A DNA stretch of 64,000 bases from Calditrichia bacterium (GCA_050633245.1 JBOEGD010000010.1:157989-221988); one strand, 5' to 3'. Shown: positions 19,650 through 30,110, counted from the first letter of the stretch. The notes: generated by a model not told the origin, from the sequence alone. Program-made: numbers and translations.

Positions 19650-20539
19650 TTCGCCTTCAACCACTCCTCTGCAAGCACGCGTGCACGCTTGAACTCCACA
19701 TCATGTAGATAATTCATCCGGGTAATATCATTCGCAGTTAGTTTTGTTGCAACGCGCTGCAAGACAGCTCGGATCTTTGGATACTTGCGAATTGTTTCTT
19801 CGCGAAATACCGGTGCCGGGTTATAAACGGGGAAATAATTGCGGTCATCAGTGAGTCGCTGCAAACCGTATGCAGAAATACGTCCGTCGGTAGCATAACC
19901 AATTGCCGCATCGATGCTTCCCTGTTGCAGCGTCTGGTAAACCAGACCAGCATCCATTTGTCGCACAGAGAACGTCTCAGCCGAATCAAAGTTATATGCT
20001 TTTTGCAATCCGGGCAACCCATCCGGACGAACGGCAAACTCGGGATCTGTACCAAAAGAAATGCGCCCGCCCTCCAGCAGATAGCGCTGTAAATCGGATA
20101 TCGTTTTTAGTTTGGCCTCGGCAGCAAGTTTTTCGCCAACCAAAACGGTGTACGTATTATTGATGCCAGACCAGGGCTCCAGCCAAATCATATCGTTAGC
20201 GCTGCTATCCCAATTGGCAATTCTGCTCCAGGCAGTATCGGGATTCGTCAGCACAGCATTGCTTTTTTCACCCATAAAATTAACCAGCGCCGTCCCCGTG
20301 TATTCAATATAGCCATCAAGTTCACCATAAAGTAGTGCACGGCGCGTGATCAGCGTGGGTCCGGTTTCGATACGATCCTCTACAGTAAAGCCGGCACGCT
20401 GTAGTGCAAGAAGCTGAATATAGCCAAGAATAGCGCCTTCGGTATCGATCTTGGAGCCAATTTGCAGTTGAGCTCTGCTATCGCAATGTGTCAACAGAAT
20501 ACAGCTCAATGCAATAAAGAATAGCCATCGACATATCAT
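19637..20539 (-). CDS. Glycine betaine/choline/osmoprotectant ABC substrate-binding protein (OsmF/OpuCC-like)
   Basis: IGSKIDTE, YIEYTGT, NNTY, EF.VRPDG and YATDGRI motifs. Confidence 0.92.
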   Translation of the reverse strand: MICRWLFFIALSCILLTHCDSRAQLQIGSKIDTEGAILGYIQLLALQRAGFTVEDRIETGPTLITRRALLYGELDGYIEYTGTALVNFMGEKSNAVLTNPDTAWSRIANWDSSANDMIWLEPWSGINNTYTVLVGEKLAAEAKLKTISDLQRYLLEGGRISFGTDPEFAVRPDGLPGLQKAYNFDSAETFSVRQMDAGLVYQTLQQGSIDAAIGYATDGRISAYGLQRLTDDRNYFPVYNPAPVFREETIRKYPKIRAVLQRVATKLTANDITRMNYLHDVEFKRARVLAEEWLKANHLW

Positions 20540-21204
20540 GCTACAGCCTCGCGGGAAAGCAACAGGCGCTCCACTGCACCCAGGCCCCTGTCAACAAAGA
20601 CTGCCAATAGTGCCGTTGGAACAGCACCGGCAAGAATGAGATTAATGTTGCCCACAGCAATTCCCTGAAAGATGAGTCCGCCAAGACATTCCGCACCAAT
20701 TGCGGCGGCCAGTGCCGCAGTTCCAATATTGATTACAGTTGCTGTGCGTATCCCGGCAAATACCAGAGGAAGAGCAAGCGGAATTTCCACCTGCCTGAGA
20801 ACGTCGCGACCAGACATACCAAGTCCAGCAGCCGCTCGTTTTGAAGCAGAAGGAACGGCGGAAAGGCCGGCAATGCTGTTTGCCAGAATTGGTAAAATAG
20901 AGTATGCCATCAGCGCTGCCAGTGCAGGCCACCAGCCAACGCCCTGGCCAACAAGTGCAAACAGAGCGCTAGCAATGCCGATTACTGCCAGAGTTGGAAT
21001 TGCCTGTAGCCCGTTAGCAAGCATCATTACAATTCCCTTCCATGGTAAATTGGCTTTACGTGTAGACCAAATAGCAGCGGGGAAGGCAATGGCAATAGCC
21101 AACATTGAGCTGGTAAATACCAGCAGCAAATGAAGCATGCTCAATCGAAACACAAGTGCTCCGTTTTCGGTCATGAACGATAGCCAGTTTGTTAGTTCAG
21201 TCAT
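20536..21204 (-). CDS. Osmoprotectant ABC permease
   Basis: QAIPTLA, EAA-like loop AAAGLGMS, and AGIRTA. Confidence 0.9.
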   Translation of the reverse strand: MTELTNWLSFMTENGALVFRLSMLHLLLVFTSSMLAIAIAFPAAIWSTRKANLPWKGIVMMLANGLQAIPTLAVIGIASALFALVGQGVGWWPALAALMAYSILPILANSIAGLSAVPSASKRAAAGLGMSGRDVLRQVEIPLALPLVFAGIRTATVINIGTAALAAAIGAECLGGLIFQGIAVGNINLILAGAVPTALLAVFVDRGLGAVERLLLSREAVA

Positions 21205-21206
21205 GC

Positions 21207-21818
21207 TTACTTGGAATTTCCTTTACGCATTTTCAGCTTCATGTCACTAACCTTTTCAGGGAACTTGGCGGTTACCGTATTATAAAAGTCGCGCAGTTTC
21301 TGCATATCTTTTTCAACATCATTAGTAAGTTGAATAATTGGTCCAAATCCACCTACCTTGCGTTCATAATCCAGAAAGCCGCAGACTATCGGTACATTTG
21401 CTGCCGTGGCAATGCGATAAAAACCATCCTTCCAATGATTAGTTTTGCTACGCGTTCCTTCCGGAGTAATGACCAATACAAATTCGTCATTCTTCTCAAA
21501 TGTATTCACCACCTGATCAACAACATTCATAGCCATCGTTCGCTCTATAGGCACGCCGCCAAGCCATTTCATAAAGCCACCAAAGCGACCGGTAAAGAGG
21601 GTATGTTTTCCCATCCAAAAAGGAGCAATGCGCATCTTAAAAGAGATGGCCAACCCTATTGGAAAATCCCAGTTTGAGGTATGATGAGCTACAACCAGAA
21701 CAGCTTGTTTCAGGTCTTTTGGAAAGTTTCCCTCCATCTTCCAACCACTAACCTTCAACCATACACAACCCAGCCAGTAAAGTAAAATATTTATCTGAAC
21801 TCGTTTCAGACCTTCCAT
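21207..21818 (-). CDS. PlsC-like lysophospholipid acyltransferase
   Basis: HTSNWD (HX4D) and PEGTR motifs. Confidence 0.9.
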   Translation of the reverse strand: MEGLKRVQINILLYWLGCVWLKVSGWKMEGNFPKDLKQAVLVVAHHTSNWDFPIGLAISFKMRIAPFWMGKHTLFTGRFGGFMKWLGGVPIERTMAMNVVDQVVNTFEKNDEFVLVITPEGTRSKTNHWKDGFYRIATAANVPIVCGFLDYERKVGGFGPIIQLTNDVEKDMQKLRDFYNTVTAKFPEKVSDMKLKMRKGNSK

Positions 21819-22769
21819 CTAATCCTCTTTTCTTGTAAAATTAATTATATCTCTCAACGTGATAACGCCACAGTGCTGTTGCCCATCCAGCACATTCAAT
21901 CCCGATCCGCTTGATGTAATCAACTTATCTATAGCCTGATGTAATGTGGCGCTGGGTTTGATTTCAGAATTTTCATCCGAGGCATTCAAATCGGATTTCT
22001 CTTGTGCGTTTAGTACTTGCGAAACAGTCAGCAATTTTAGCAAATGCATGTTTCGTTCTTCACCGACAAAACTTTCTACAAACGCGTTTTCCGGTCGTCG
22101 AAGAATCTCAATTGGTGAAGCATGCTGTAGTATTTTTCCATTGTGCATAATCGCAACTGAATCTCCGAGGCGAAGTGCCTCATCCATATCATGCGTTACT
22201 AAAACCGCGGTCTTTGCCAGCTTCTGCTGAATTGCCAGAAACTCGTCCTGCAATGTTATCCGGGTAATCGGGTCCAATGCGCTAAATGGTTCATCCAGCA
22301 ATAAATACCCCGGGTCGGCAGCCAGTGCCCTGGCAAAACCAATTCGCTGCTGCTGACCTCCCGATAGCACAGCTGGAAATTCTCGTAAACGCGCTGTCGG
22401 CAAACCAACCAACGTCATCATTTCCTCGACACGAGTTTGTATGCGAGCTTCATCCCACTTTAGCAAACGTGGTACAACAGCAATATTATCATAAAGCGAA
22501 TAATGTGGGAACAATCCGACATCCTGAATAACATAACCGATCTGTCGTCTTAGTGATAGCACATTGGCATCAGACAGCTTCTGATCGCTAATGTAGATGC
22601 TGCCGGAGTCAGTGTTTGTCAGCCCGTTAATCATCTCAAGCGTCGTTGTTTTTCCACAGCCGCTTGGCCCGACCAACACGGTTACCTTCCCCACAGCACA
22701 GGTAAGCGACAGACCATCGACAACTGCGCGATTAGAATACTGTTTTGAGACATTATCAAGGCGGATCAT
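21819..22769 (-). CDS. Osmoprotectant ABC ATP-binding protein with CBS-like tail
   Basis: GPSGCGKTT, LSGGQQQR and DEPFSALD. Confidence 0.93.
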   Translation of the reverse strand: MIRLDNVSKQYSNRAVVDGLSLTCAVGKVTVLVGPSGCGKTTTLEMINGLTNTDSGSIYISDQKLSDANVLSLRRQIGYVIQDVGLFPHYSLYDNIAVVPRLLKWDEARIQTRVEEMMTLVGLPTARLREFPAVLSGGQQQRIGFARALAADPGYLLLDEPFSALDPITRITLQDEFLAIQQKLAKTAVLVTHDMDEALRLGDSVAIMHNGKILQHASPIEILRRPENAFVESFVGEERNMHLLKLLTVSQVLNAQEKSDLNASDENSEIKPSATLHQAIDKLITSSGSGLNVLDGQQHCGVITLRDIINFTRKED

Positions 22770-22803
22770 AAAATGGAACCAACGTTAAGTCTGTGAAATT
22801 TTG

Positions 22804-23529
22804 TTATTGGGGATAGCTTTCGAAACGCCTTTGAAACAGCGCAATAAGGTAATCAAGCAACAGAGCCAGCAGTGAAACGGAAAATGCACCTGCGAGCATC
22901 ATCTCAGGATAGGTTCGGCGAATGCCGCCAAAGATCCAGCGCCCCAGTCCACCACCGCCAATATAAGCAGCAATCGCGGCAATGCCCACGCCGAGCACAA
23001 CGGCTATCCGAACTCCGGTGAGAATGGATGGCAAAGCCAACGGTAGTTTTACCTTTAATAAAAGCTGAATTGGCGACATGCCAAGTCCCTCTGCAGCACG
23101 GAGAACACCTGTTGGCACTTCATTCAATCCTACATAAGTGTTTCTAATAATTGGAAGTAAGCTATAGATAACAAGGGCAATAACCGCCGGTGTTACACCA
23201 ACTCCAACACCAAATGGAGCCAGCAAGGGTATGATCAATCCAAAAAGAGCAATTGAAGGGATTGTCATAAGAATGGCACTACCGGCAAGGATAGTATTGG
23301 CAGAAGAGGGATGTTTGTGAATAAACAAGCCGGTACTGAAACCGAGCAAAACAGCAATTGGAAGCGCAAGCGCAAGAATGTAGAGATGCTGAAAAGTAAG
23401 AATCACCAGTTGATCGGAGTAGGCAAAAAAGAAACCTTTTAGATAATATCCCAGCCCCACCGCCAGCAAGAACAGCGCACCGCGTAAAATTGTAGCCGGA
23501 TGTTTGCTAATATTATCAATTGCCCACAT
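22804..23529 (-). CDS. Osmoprotectant ABC permease
   Basis: TIPSIALFG, LPIIRNTY.G and GGGGLG. Confidence 0.92.
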   Translation of the reverse strand: MWAIDNISKHPATILRGALFLLAVGLGYYLKGFFFAYSDQLVILTFQHLYILALALPIAVLLGFSTGLFIHKHPSSANTILAGSAILMTIPSIALFGLIIPLLAPFGVGVGVTPAVIALVIYSLLPIIRNTYVGLNEVPTGVLRAAEGLGMSPIQLLLKVKLPLALPSILTGVRIAVVLGVGIAAIAAYIGGGGLGRWIFGGIRRTYPEMMLAGAFSVSLLALLLDYLIALFQRRFESYPQ

Positions 23530-23534
23530 CTATA

Positions 23535-23564
23535 AAGATACGACCTGAAGGGTGAGATTGTCAA
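23535..23564 (-). promoter_or_regulatory. sigma70-type promoter of the osmoprotectant operon
   Basis: TTGACA-N18-TATCTT on the minus strand, 5 nt before the ATG. Confidence 0.55.
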
Positions 23565-23592
23565 GCTGGTGACGAAGCGTTATGCGAAGCAA

Positions 23593-26592
23593 TTATCTTA
23601 AGAGCAACATTTGTTTTGTGTCGCTAAAATCAGCATAGTTAAGTCGATAAAAGTAAACGCCGCTGGCAAAGTTGCCAGCATGCCACTCCACAACATGCCT
23701 TCCCTCGCGACGATACCCATCGCTAAGAACAGCGACAACTTCTCCAAGCACATTCAAAATCTCAAGACGAACCTTCTTTGCCTGTGGCAACGTAAATGCT
23801 ATCTGTGTTTCCGGGTTGAATGGATTGGGATAATTGTCTTCCAGCGTAAAACCGACCTTGCTATCGTCATCGGCAATTCCAACCGTCGATGGATTATAGC
23901 GCGCTGTTTCTATGCCGCTCCAACCCGATACGTTTAACGTAGCTGTGACATAAAAAGTACCGTCATTTTCCAATTGAAGCGTTTGAACGGACTGCGATAA
24001 GCGCTCTCTACCCGGCATGTTGTGCTGCCAAAGTTCATTCCCCTGCAAATCAACCAGTAGAAGGGCTGCCCCGGCTCGTGCTGTTGCCGCTGCAACTAAT
24101 ATTGCGTTATTAGAGACATCCCACTGATAATAAGAATCATTATATGCCGCTGCGGTAGATAAGTACGTGGTAAAAGTTGCCGTCCCATCATGCTGATAAT
24201 GACGCAACACCAAGTCATCTTTTTCCAGAACGGTAAAGGCACGACCCAGGAGGTAAATCCCGCCTTGAGGAGCTTCCCGCAACGCATACGCCAGATCGTT
24301 GTTATTTCCGGATCCATTTAACTGATCCTGCCATAAGACATCACCAGAAGCCGAGTAGCTAATAACGGAGATATCGCTATTGTAGCCGTTTTCATAACTC
24401 GTTCCACAAACAATTACGTTCTCGTCAGATTCAAGAAGCACATCAACTGCGCTATCGATATAACCGCTGTTTCCACCATAGCTTCTTTGCCATAATAGCT
24501 GGCCATCCATATGGAATAAACTCGTAACAAAATCCTGATCTGTTATTCCAATAAGACTGCTTCCAACAAGTGCAAGCTTATTGCCACGAACTGCCATTGC
24601 CGTTGGAACAGCCATCGCATCTGTCATGTTCTCAGCAGCATGATATTCCCACAGCAAATTGCCATTCGATGCAATTGCCAATAAGGTGGCTGTCGGTGCT
24701 GCATTCTGCAGGTCTTGGGCGGCAATAAAAAGTTCGCCGGAATCAGAGATAGCGAGCGCTATTGGATTGCGATCGGACGCTCCGCTGTAGAAACGTTTCC
24801 AGAGCAGCTCTCCTGACAAGCTGTATTTATAAACAACTACTTCCGCGCTGCCGGAGGCCGATTGGCTGCTTCCCATTATGTAGATATGGTTTTCGAAACG
24901 CTGCATTGCAACAGCCAGATCATCTTCACCATGTTCATCGAGGATAGCGTTCCAGAGCTTCTCACCAGTGGGAGCTTCGCAAAGCAGAACAATATCCCAA
25001 CCGCATTCACCGGTAAAACTATGACCAACCGTGTAGAGTCTGCTTTGCTCGTCTTGCACCGAACTAATTGCTATTTCTCTACTCGTTGATGGAGCAGTAT
25101 AGTTTTGCTGCCAACGTTTTTCTCCACTGGCAGAATAGGCTGCGGTAACCATATCCCAGCCATCTTCGCGGCTATAGCCGAACCCCGTGGCGCAAAGGGT
25201 ACCATCTGCACCAACTGCAATTGCACGGCCATCATGGTGAAAAGGGTTATCCGCGCCAATTGCATCTCGCCACAGTTCCGTTCCGGACTGACTATATTTT
25301 ACGACGAGCATTTGGGAATGATTGCTACCAAGTTCGCTAAATCCTGTAAGTAGAATATTCATATTCAAATCGACAATCAAATCGGTTGGATAGCTTCTAC
25401 CGCTATATTGAAACTGCTGCTGCCACTGCACTGAACCATTGGTATTCAGCTTTACTGTCCAGATACTACTGTTTGTCCCGGCGCTGCTGTATCCGGTTGC
25501 AACCAGCCCGTCTTCAACTCCAGCGAGATCGACCAGTCGGTTATCCGCAGAATCATCCGAATCAACAACTTCCTTCCAACGCTGATTGCCGAATGAATCA
25601 ACAGCGATAAAAAAGAAATCTCCCGAGTCGTTGCGAATACTGCTTCCAGCGAGGACAACACCTTTTGTATTCCCGGCAATTGAGATCGCGTATTCATCAG
25701 CACCATTGCCGTCATCGTAGCTTCGACTCCATAGGGTGTTGCCCTGTAAATCGATTTTATGCAGCAACGTTTTAGTATACCCGCCACTGTTAGTATGGCC
25801 CACCGCGTAGATTGCTCCGTCAGTCGCTCTATACAGCTCGCTAAAGGCATCCTGGCGAAACGCACTGTTTTGATAGCTATTTTCCCAAGCCAGAGTGCCG
25901 TTCTCTTTATAATGCACTATCATCGCATCGGTATTGCCATCAGGCGTATCGATCGATATGCTGATAAAAACACCATCTCCATCTTCAGCCAGAATTGCAA
26001 CCGGACGCGAGGCTCCGTTATGCGTAAAGTGCTGCAGCCAAAGTAATTCTCCATTCTCGGAATAACGAAGCGTGACCACCTCATTATTCCCCGGCTCCAG
26101 CTCGCGGTAGCCGGTAACGGTAATTTCACCATTTATATCGATTGCCAACGCCACCGGATAATCTGCAATTCCAAATCCACTATTGTAGCGCCTGCTCCAA
26201 ATTATTTGTCCATCAGGATCGTATTTTATAGTCAGAAAATCACAGCTGGATGTTAAGCTGTCACTCCAGCCTGTAACAATGCTGTTGCCAAATCTATCGA
26301 CACCGATGTCGACAGCGGCATCGGTGGCAGGTGCCAAAAACGCGTTGTAGGTATTTTGCCAGATGGGTGAGATCGCAGGCTTATCAACATAAGGAAGTCG
26401 GGGTTCCGCAAAAACATCAGCACTGGAAGACACTTGATTTCGCAAGCTGAGCGGATTTGCTTCCTGCGCATTCAGCTGTAGAGAAAATACAGCAGACGCA
26501 AGAATCAACAGATGAAGAGATAGTATTCCTCTCCCTTGCCTGCGTCTAAGGACATCTCGTTTTGCACATTCCGGTGAAGTATCTCTATCCAT
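23593..26592 (-). CDS. Secreted beta-propeller (SBBP-like) repeat protein with C-terminal sorting domain
   Basis: Many TIKYD..G...W repeats. C-terminal NYPNPFNP...SGVYFYRL...K.M.LLR. Confidence 0.85.
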   Translation of the reverse strand: MDRDTSPECAKRDVLRRRQGRGILSLHLLILASAVFSLQLNAQEANPLSLRNQVSSSADVFAEPRLPYVDKPAISPIWQNTYNAFLAPATDAAVDIGVDRFGNSIVTGWSDSLTSSCDFLTIKYDPDGQIIWSRRYNSGFGIADYPVALAIDINGEITVTGYRELEPGNNEVVTLRYSENGELLWLQHFTHNGASRPVAILAEDGDGVFISISIDTPDGNTDAMIVHYKENGTLAWENSYQNSAFRQDAFSELYRATDGAIYAVGHTNSGGYTKTLLHKIDLQGNTLWSRSYDDGNGADEYAISIAGNTKGVVLAGSSIRNDSGDFFFIAVDSFGNQRWKEVVDSDDSADNRLVDLAGVEDGLVATGYSSAGTNSSIWTVKLNTNGSVQWQQQFQYSGRSYPTDLIVDLNMNILLTGFSELGSNHSQMLVVKYSQSGTELWRDAIGADNPFHHDGRAIAVGADGTLCATGFGYSREDGWDMVTAAYSASGEKRWQQNYTAPSTSREIAISSVQDEQSRLYTVGHSFTGECGWDIVLLCEAPTGEKLWNAILDEHGEDDLAVAMQRFENHIYIMGSSQSASGSAEVVVYKYSLSGELLWKRFYSGASDRNPIALAISDSGELFIAAQDLQNAAPTATLLAIASNGNLLWEYHAAENMTDAMAVPTAMAVRGNKLALVGSSLIGITDQDFVTSLFHMDGQLLWQRSYGGNSGYIDSAVDVLLESDENVIVCGTSYENGYNSDISVISYSASGDVLWQDQLNGSGNNNDLAYALREAPQGGIYLLGRAFTVLEKDDLVLRHYQHDGTATFTTYLSTAAAYNDSYYQWDVSNNAILVAAATARAGAALLLVDLQGNELWQHNMPGRERLSQSVQTLQLENDGTFYVTATLNVSGWSGIETARYNPSTVGIADDDSKVGFTLEDNYPNPFNPETQIAFTLPQAKKVRLEILNVLGEVVAVLSDGYRREGRHVVEWHAGNFASGVYFYRLNYADFSDTKQMLLLR

Positions 26593-26672
26593 GCTGTAGA
26601 GTCGACAAATTGAGGATCAACCTTCAGCTAAAATGCGAATAAATAGATGAGCAGATTGTTTTACATTTTAGT

Positions 26673-26769
26673 TTTGTCACCTCGAGCGGAGTCAAGAGGC
26701 GAAGAGAGCTCTCAGTAGGACTTCGACGGAGTCTATGCCGGGGGCAGTCGAGGTGCTCAGCCTGACAAA
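26673..26769. repeat. REP/MITE-like nested palindromic element
   Basis: TTTGTCA...TGACAAA ends, with internal GAGCGGAGTCAAG and CTTCGAC...GTCGAGG...GCTCAG complementary blocks. Confidence 0.6.
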
Positions 26770-26813
26770 CTTTGAACACCTTATTCATTAAATTTAACAT
26801 CCTTATTAGAGGC

Positions 26814-26852
26814 AAAAAAATACCCCGTCAGTAAGTATGAACTGACGAGGTA
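26814..26852 (-). terminator. Intrinsic terminator of the RND operon
   Basis: Minus strand TACCTCGTCAGT-loop-ACTGACGGGGTA followed by T7. Confidence 0.8.
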
Positions 26853-26881
26853 AGAAGTAAATCTAATGCGGTTAGAAATCG

Positions 26882-29800
26882 CTAGGTGCTTTGTGGAGCA
26901 ACGGACTCATCATTCCAATCTTCTTCAGCCTCAGCAAGACGACGTTCCTCTGCGAGTGCATTGTCGTCTTTACTAAACAAATAGTAGGTTACCGGAACCA
27001 CAACCAGCGTAAGCGCCGTAGCAAAGAGTAGTCCGAAGATCACAACGATTCCCATACCAGCCCACCATTGAGCACTTTCATCACCAAAGGTGATAAACTG
27101 AGCAGGGTTGATTTCGAATGTGAGCAGCCCGATGAAATCGATATTGATTCCGGTGGACAGTGGAATCAGTCCGAGAATAGTTGTAATTGCAGTAAGCAAT
27201 ACCGGGCGCAAGCGCGTTTTACCACCCTGGATAATCGCATCCATTTTCTTCAACCCACGTGCACGTAGTTTTTGAATATAATCCAATAGCACAATGGCAT
27301 TATTCACCACAATTCCGGCTAGAGAAATAACACCAATACCGGTCATCAAAATTCCAAACGGCATACGTGTTACAAAAAGTCCAAAGAAAACGCCGAAGAA
27401 TGACAAGACTACCGTCAGCATAATTACAAATGGCAGCGAAACCGAGTTGAACTGCGTTACCAATAGAAAGAAAATTAATCCAATGGTTATCAGAAAGGCC
27501 TGAAACAGGAAGATCATTGTCTTCTGTTGTTCTTCATCCTGGCCTGCGAAGGTCATTAAATAGCCTTCCGGCATTGCAAAATCTGCCAGCTTTTCTTTTA
27601 CTTCAGTAACAACATCCGGTCCATTGCGCCCAACAACATCGGCGGTAACACTTAAGACGCGCTCGCCCTCGACGTGGCTGATGCTGCTAAGCCCGGTGGC
27701 GAATTCAATAGAAGCAAAGTTTGCCAACGGATAATGAACTCCTTCGTGAAAAACGGTAAGATTCAGAAGATCACTATAGTTCTCACGATAGTTCTCGCTA
27801 AACCGAACGGTAATGTCATACTCATCAGTGCCGATACGATAATCCGACACTTCCGTTCCATTAATGGCCGTTCGCACGGTATTAGCGATTTGCGCGGTTG
27901 TTAAACCGAAAAGCGCCGCCTTCTCACGGTCAACTCGCACACTAAGCTCGGGCTTCCCTTTATCATAATTATCCTTCAGCTTTGAAATTCCTTCAATGTT
28001 GCGAATCTCATCCATAATTTTTTCGGAAAGATCGGCCAGCACATGGAAATCTTCGCCCTGAAGCTGAATGTCCACAGCCTTACCGGTCGGTGGGCCATCT
28101 GCCGGCTTAGAGACGTCTATCGTAGCTCCGGGAATCCCCTGAACCGCTTCGGTTACCTGCGCCATTGTTAACCAGGAGTCCTGCCCGCGTTCTTTCATCA
28201 TCTCAAGATCAATGTTAATCTGACCGCGATGCGATGCCACGCTATTACCAGACATTCCCGTTGGGTCATTGGTTTGCCCCACCGAGGCAACATAAGCCTT
28301 CATATCGGTGGTATTGGCAATGCGCTCTTCTATTTTTTTCATAATTGCATCCGAACGCTCCAAACGCGTGCCGAGCGGTGCCTCAGATTCCACCATGATA
28401 ATTCGTGGCGAAATGTCGGGGAAGAATTCAACACCCACTGAGTTTATAACGAAGATAAAAATCATGCTTACAAAAAGGCAAAGTGTAATCCCCAATACCT
28501 TCATCCGATTCCAGAATGTAGCCAGGCACCAGTTCAAAGTATTTTCATAGCGTGGTGTCAGCCATGAAAGCAAACGATCGCCGCGAAGATTTGTGCCCGG
28601 CTTCAGTCGGCGCAGGAAACGCGATGCCAGCACCGGATTAAAAATAAGCCCTACAATTAAGGATGCAGAGAGGGTGACAACCAGCGTCATTGGTAGAAGA
28701 CGCATAAACTCACCAACCATCCCCTTCCAAAATAGAAGCGGCAAGAAAGCCATCAGCGTGGTTGCAGTAGACACTACAACCGCAGTTCCCACCTCGGCGG
28801 TGCCATCATAGGCCGCTTTGGCGAGTGGTTTACCTTCTTCGTGTTGTCGATAGATATTCTCGACAATTACCACCGCATTGTCTACCAACATACCGAGCGC
28901 GAGAATCAGACTAAAAAGCACCATCATATTCAGCGTGTATCCCATCGCACTGATAATTGAAAATGAGACCAACATCGATATTGGAATAGCCACACCAACC
29001 AGTAGTCCGTTGCGCAGCCCCATAAAGAAATACAGAACAAAAATCACCAGTAGCATTCCGGCAATAATATTGTTTTCGAGGCTGTTAACCATCTGGCGAA
29101 TGTCAATAGACTGATCACCAACATATTCATAGGAGATCGTTCGTGGAAACGTTTCGGAACGTTCATTGACGATCTGCTTTACACGGTCAATAATCTGAAT
29201 AATGTTTTCACCAGTGCGCTTGCTAACCGAGATGGTAACACTTGGCTTGCTATTGATACGCGCAAAGCTCTCCTGCTCTTTAAAGCCAAAATACACCTCG
29301 CCCAAATCCCGCAGGTAAACAGGACTACCGTCTTTGCTTTTTACAACGATATTGGCAAGTTCACTCACCTCTTCAATTTCACCAGGTACGCGAACGGTCC
29401 ACTTCAAGCTGCCGCTGTTTACCGATCCACCGGGAATCGTCAGGTTCTCATCGCGAATCGCATTATTTACATCTTCCAAACCAATATTGTAATACTGTAG
29501 GCGTGAGGGATCGATATCTACTTTTAACTCGCGTTCCAATCCACCGGTTACGTTTATCTCTAATATACCGGGAATCTGCTCGAAGCGATCTTCCAGGTCT
29601 TCTGCATACTGCTTTAGACGAACAAGTGATTCATCTCCGAAAAGTATCACGTTGATAATTGGAATACTTTCGGTGCTCATCTCCTCAATAAGAGGGTCTT
29701 CCAGGTCGCCGGGTAAATCGGGCTTTGCCTGATCCACTTTTTCGCGAACCTTTCGCACCGCTTCATCCACATCGATATCGGATTCGAATTCAGCACGGAT

Positions 29801-30070
29801 TCCGGCATAACCTTCACTACTGGTAGACGTGAGCTTTTTGACAGAGCTTAATTCTTCCAGCTTTTCTTCAATGGGTTGGACAACCAGGTTTTCCAGATCC
29901 GCCGGGGATACGCCAACATAGGGCGCTGCAATAAACACCAGCGGCTGCTTCACCTCAGGAAAGGATTCAACGGGCAAAAATACATACGACATGAATCCGG
30001 CAACCATCAGAATAAACAGCATAACAAATACGCTGGTTTTATACTTCAATGATGCTTTAGTTATTTTCAT
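26882..30070 (-). CDS. RND efflux transporter, AcrB/AcrD/AcrF family
   Basis: GMLVDNAVVIVENI and RLRPVLLTAITT; 1062 aa. Confidence 0.95.
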   Translation of the reverse strand: MKITKASLKYKTSVFVMLFILMVAGFMSYVFLPVESFPEVKQPLVFIAAPYVGVSPADLENLVVQPIEEKLEELSSVKKLTSTSSEGYAGIRAEFESDIDVDEAVRKVREKVDQAKPDLPGDLEDPLIEEMSTESIPIINVILFGDESLVRLKQYAEDLEDRFEQIPGILEINVTGGLERELKVDIDPSRLQYYNIGLEDVNNAIRDENLTIPGGSVNSGSLKWTVRVPGEIEEVSELANIVVKSKDGSPVYLRDLGEVYFGFKEQESFARINSKPSVTISVSKRTGENIIQIIDRVKQIVNERSETFPRTISYEYVGDQSIDIRQMVNSLENNIIAGMLLVIFVLYFFMGLRNGLLVGVAIPISMLVSFSIISAMGYTLNMMVLFSLILALGMLVDNAVVIVENIYRQHEEGKPLAKAAYDGTAEVGTAVVVSTATTLMAFLPLLFWKGMVGEFMRLLPMTLVVTLSASLIVGLIFNPVLASRFLRRLKPGTNLRGDRLLSWLTPRYENTLNWCLATFWNRMKVLGITLCLFVSMIFIFVINSVGVEFFPDISPRIIMVESEAPLGTRLERSDAIMKKIEERIANTTDMKAYVASVGQTNDPTGMSGNSVASHRGQINIDLEMMKERGQDSWLTMAQVTEAVQGIPGATIDVSKPADGPPTGKAVDIQLQGEDFHVLADLSEKIMDEIRNIEGISKLKDNYDKGKPELSVRVDREKAALFGLTTAQIANTVRTAINGTEVSDYRIGTDEYDITVRFSENYRENYSDLLNLTVFHEGVHYPLANFASIEFATGLSSISHVEGERVLSVTADVVGRNGPDVVTEVKEKLADFAMPEGYLMTFAGQDEEQQKTMIFLFQAFLITIGLIFFLLVTQFNSVSLPFVIMLTVVLSFFGVFFGLFVTRMPFGILMTGIGVISLAGIVVNNAIVLLDYIQKLRARGLKKMDAIIQGGKTRLRPVLLTAITTILGLIPLSTGINIDFIGLLTFEINPAQFITFGDESAQWWAGMGIVVIFGLLFATALTLVVVPVTYYLFSKDDNALAEERRLAEAEEDWNDESVAPQST

Positions 30071-30110
30071 TTCTTCCTCTATTCAGTCAAAACTTGTATT
30101 CCCGTGACAA

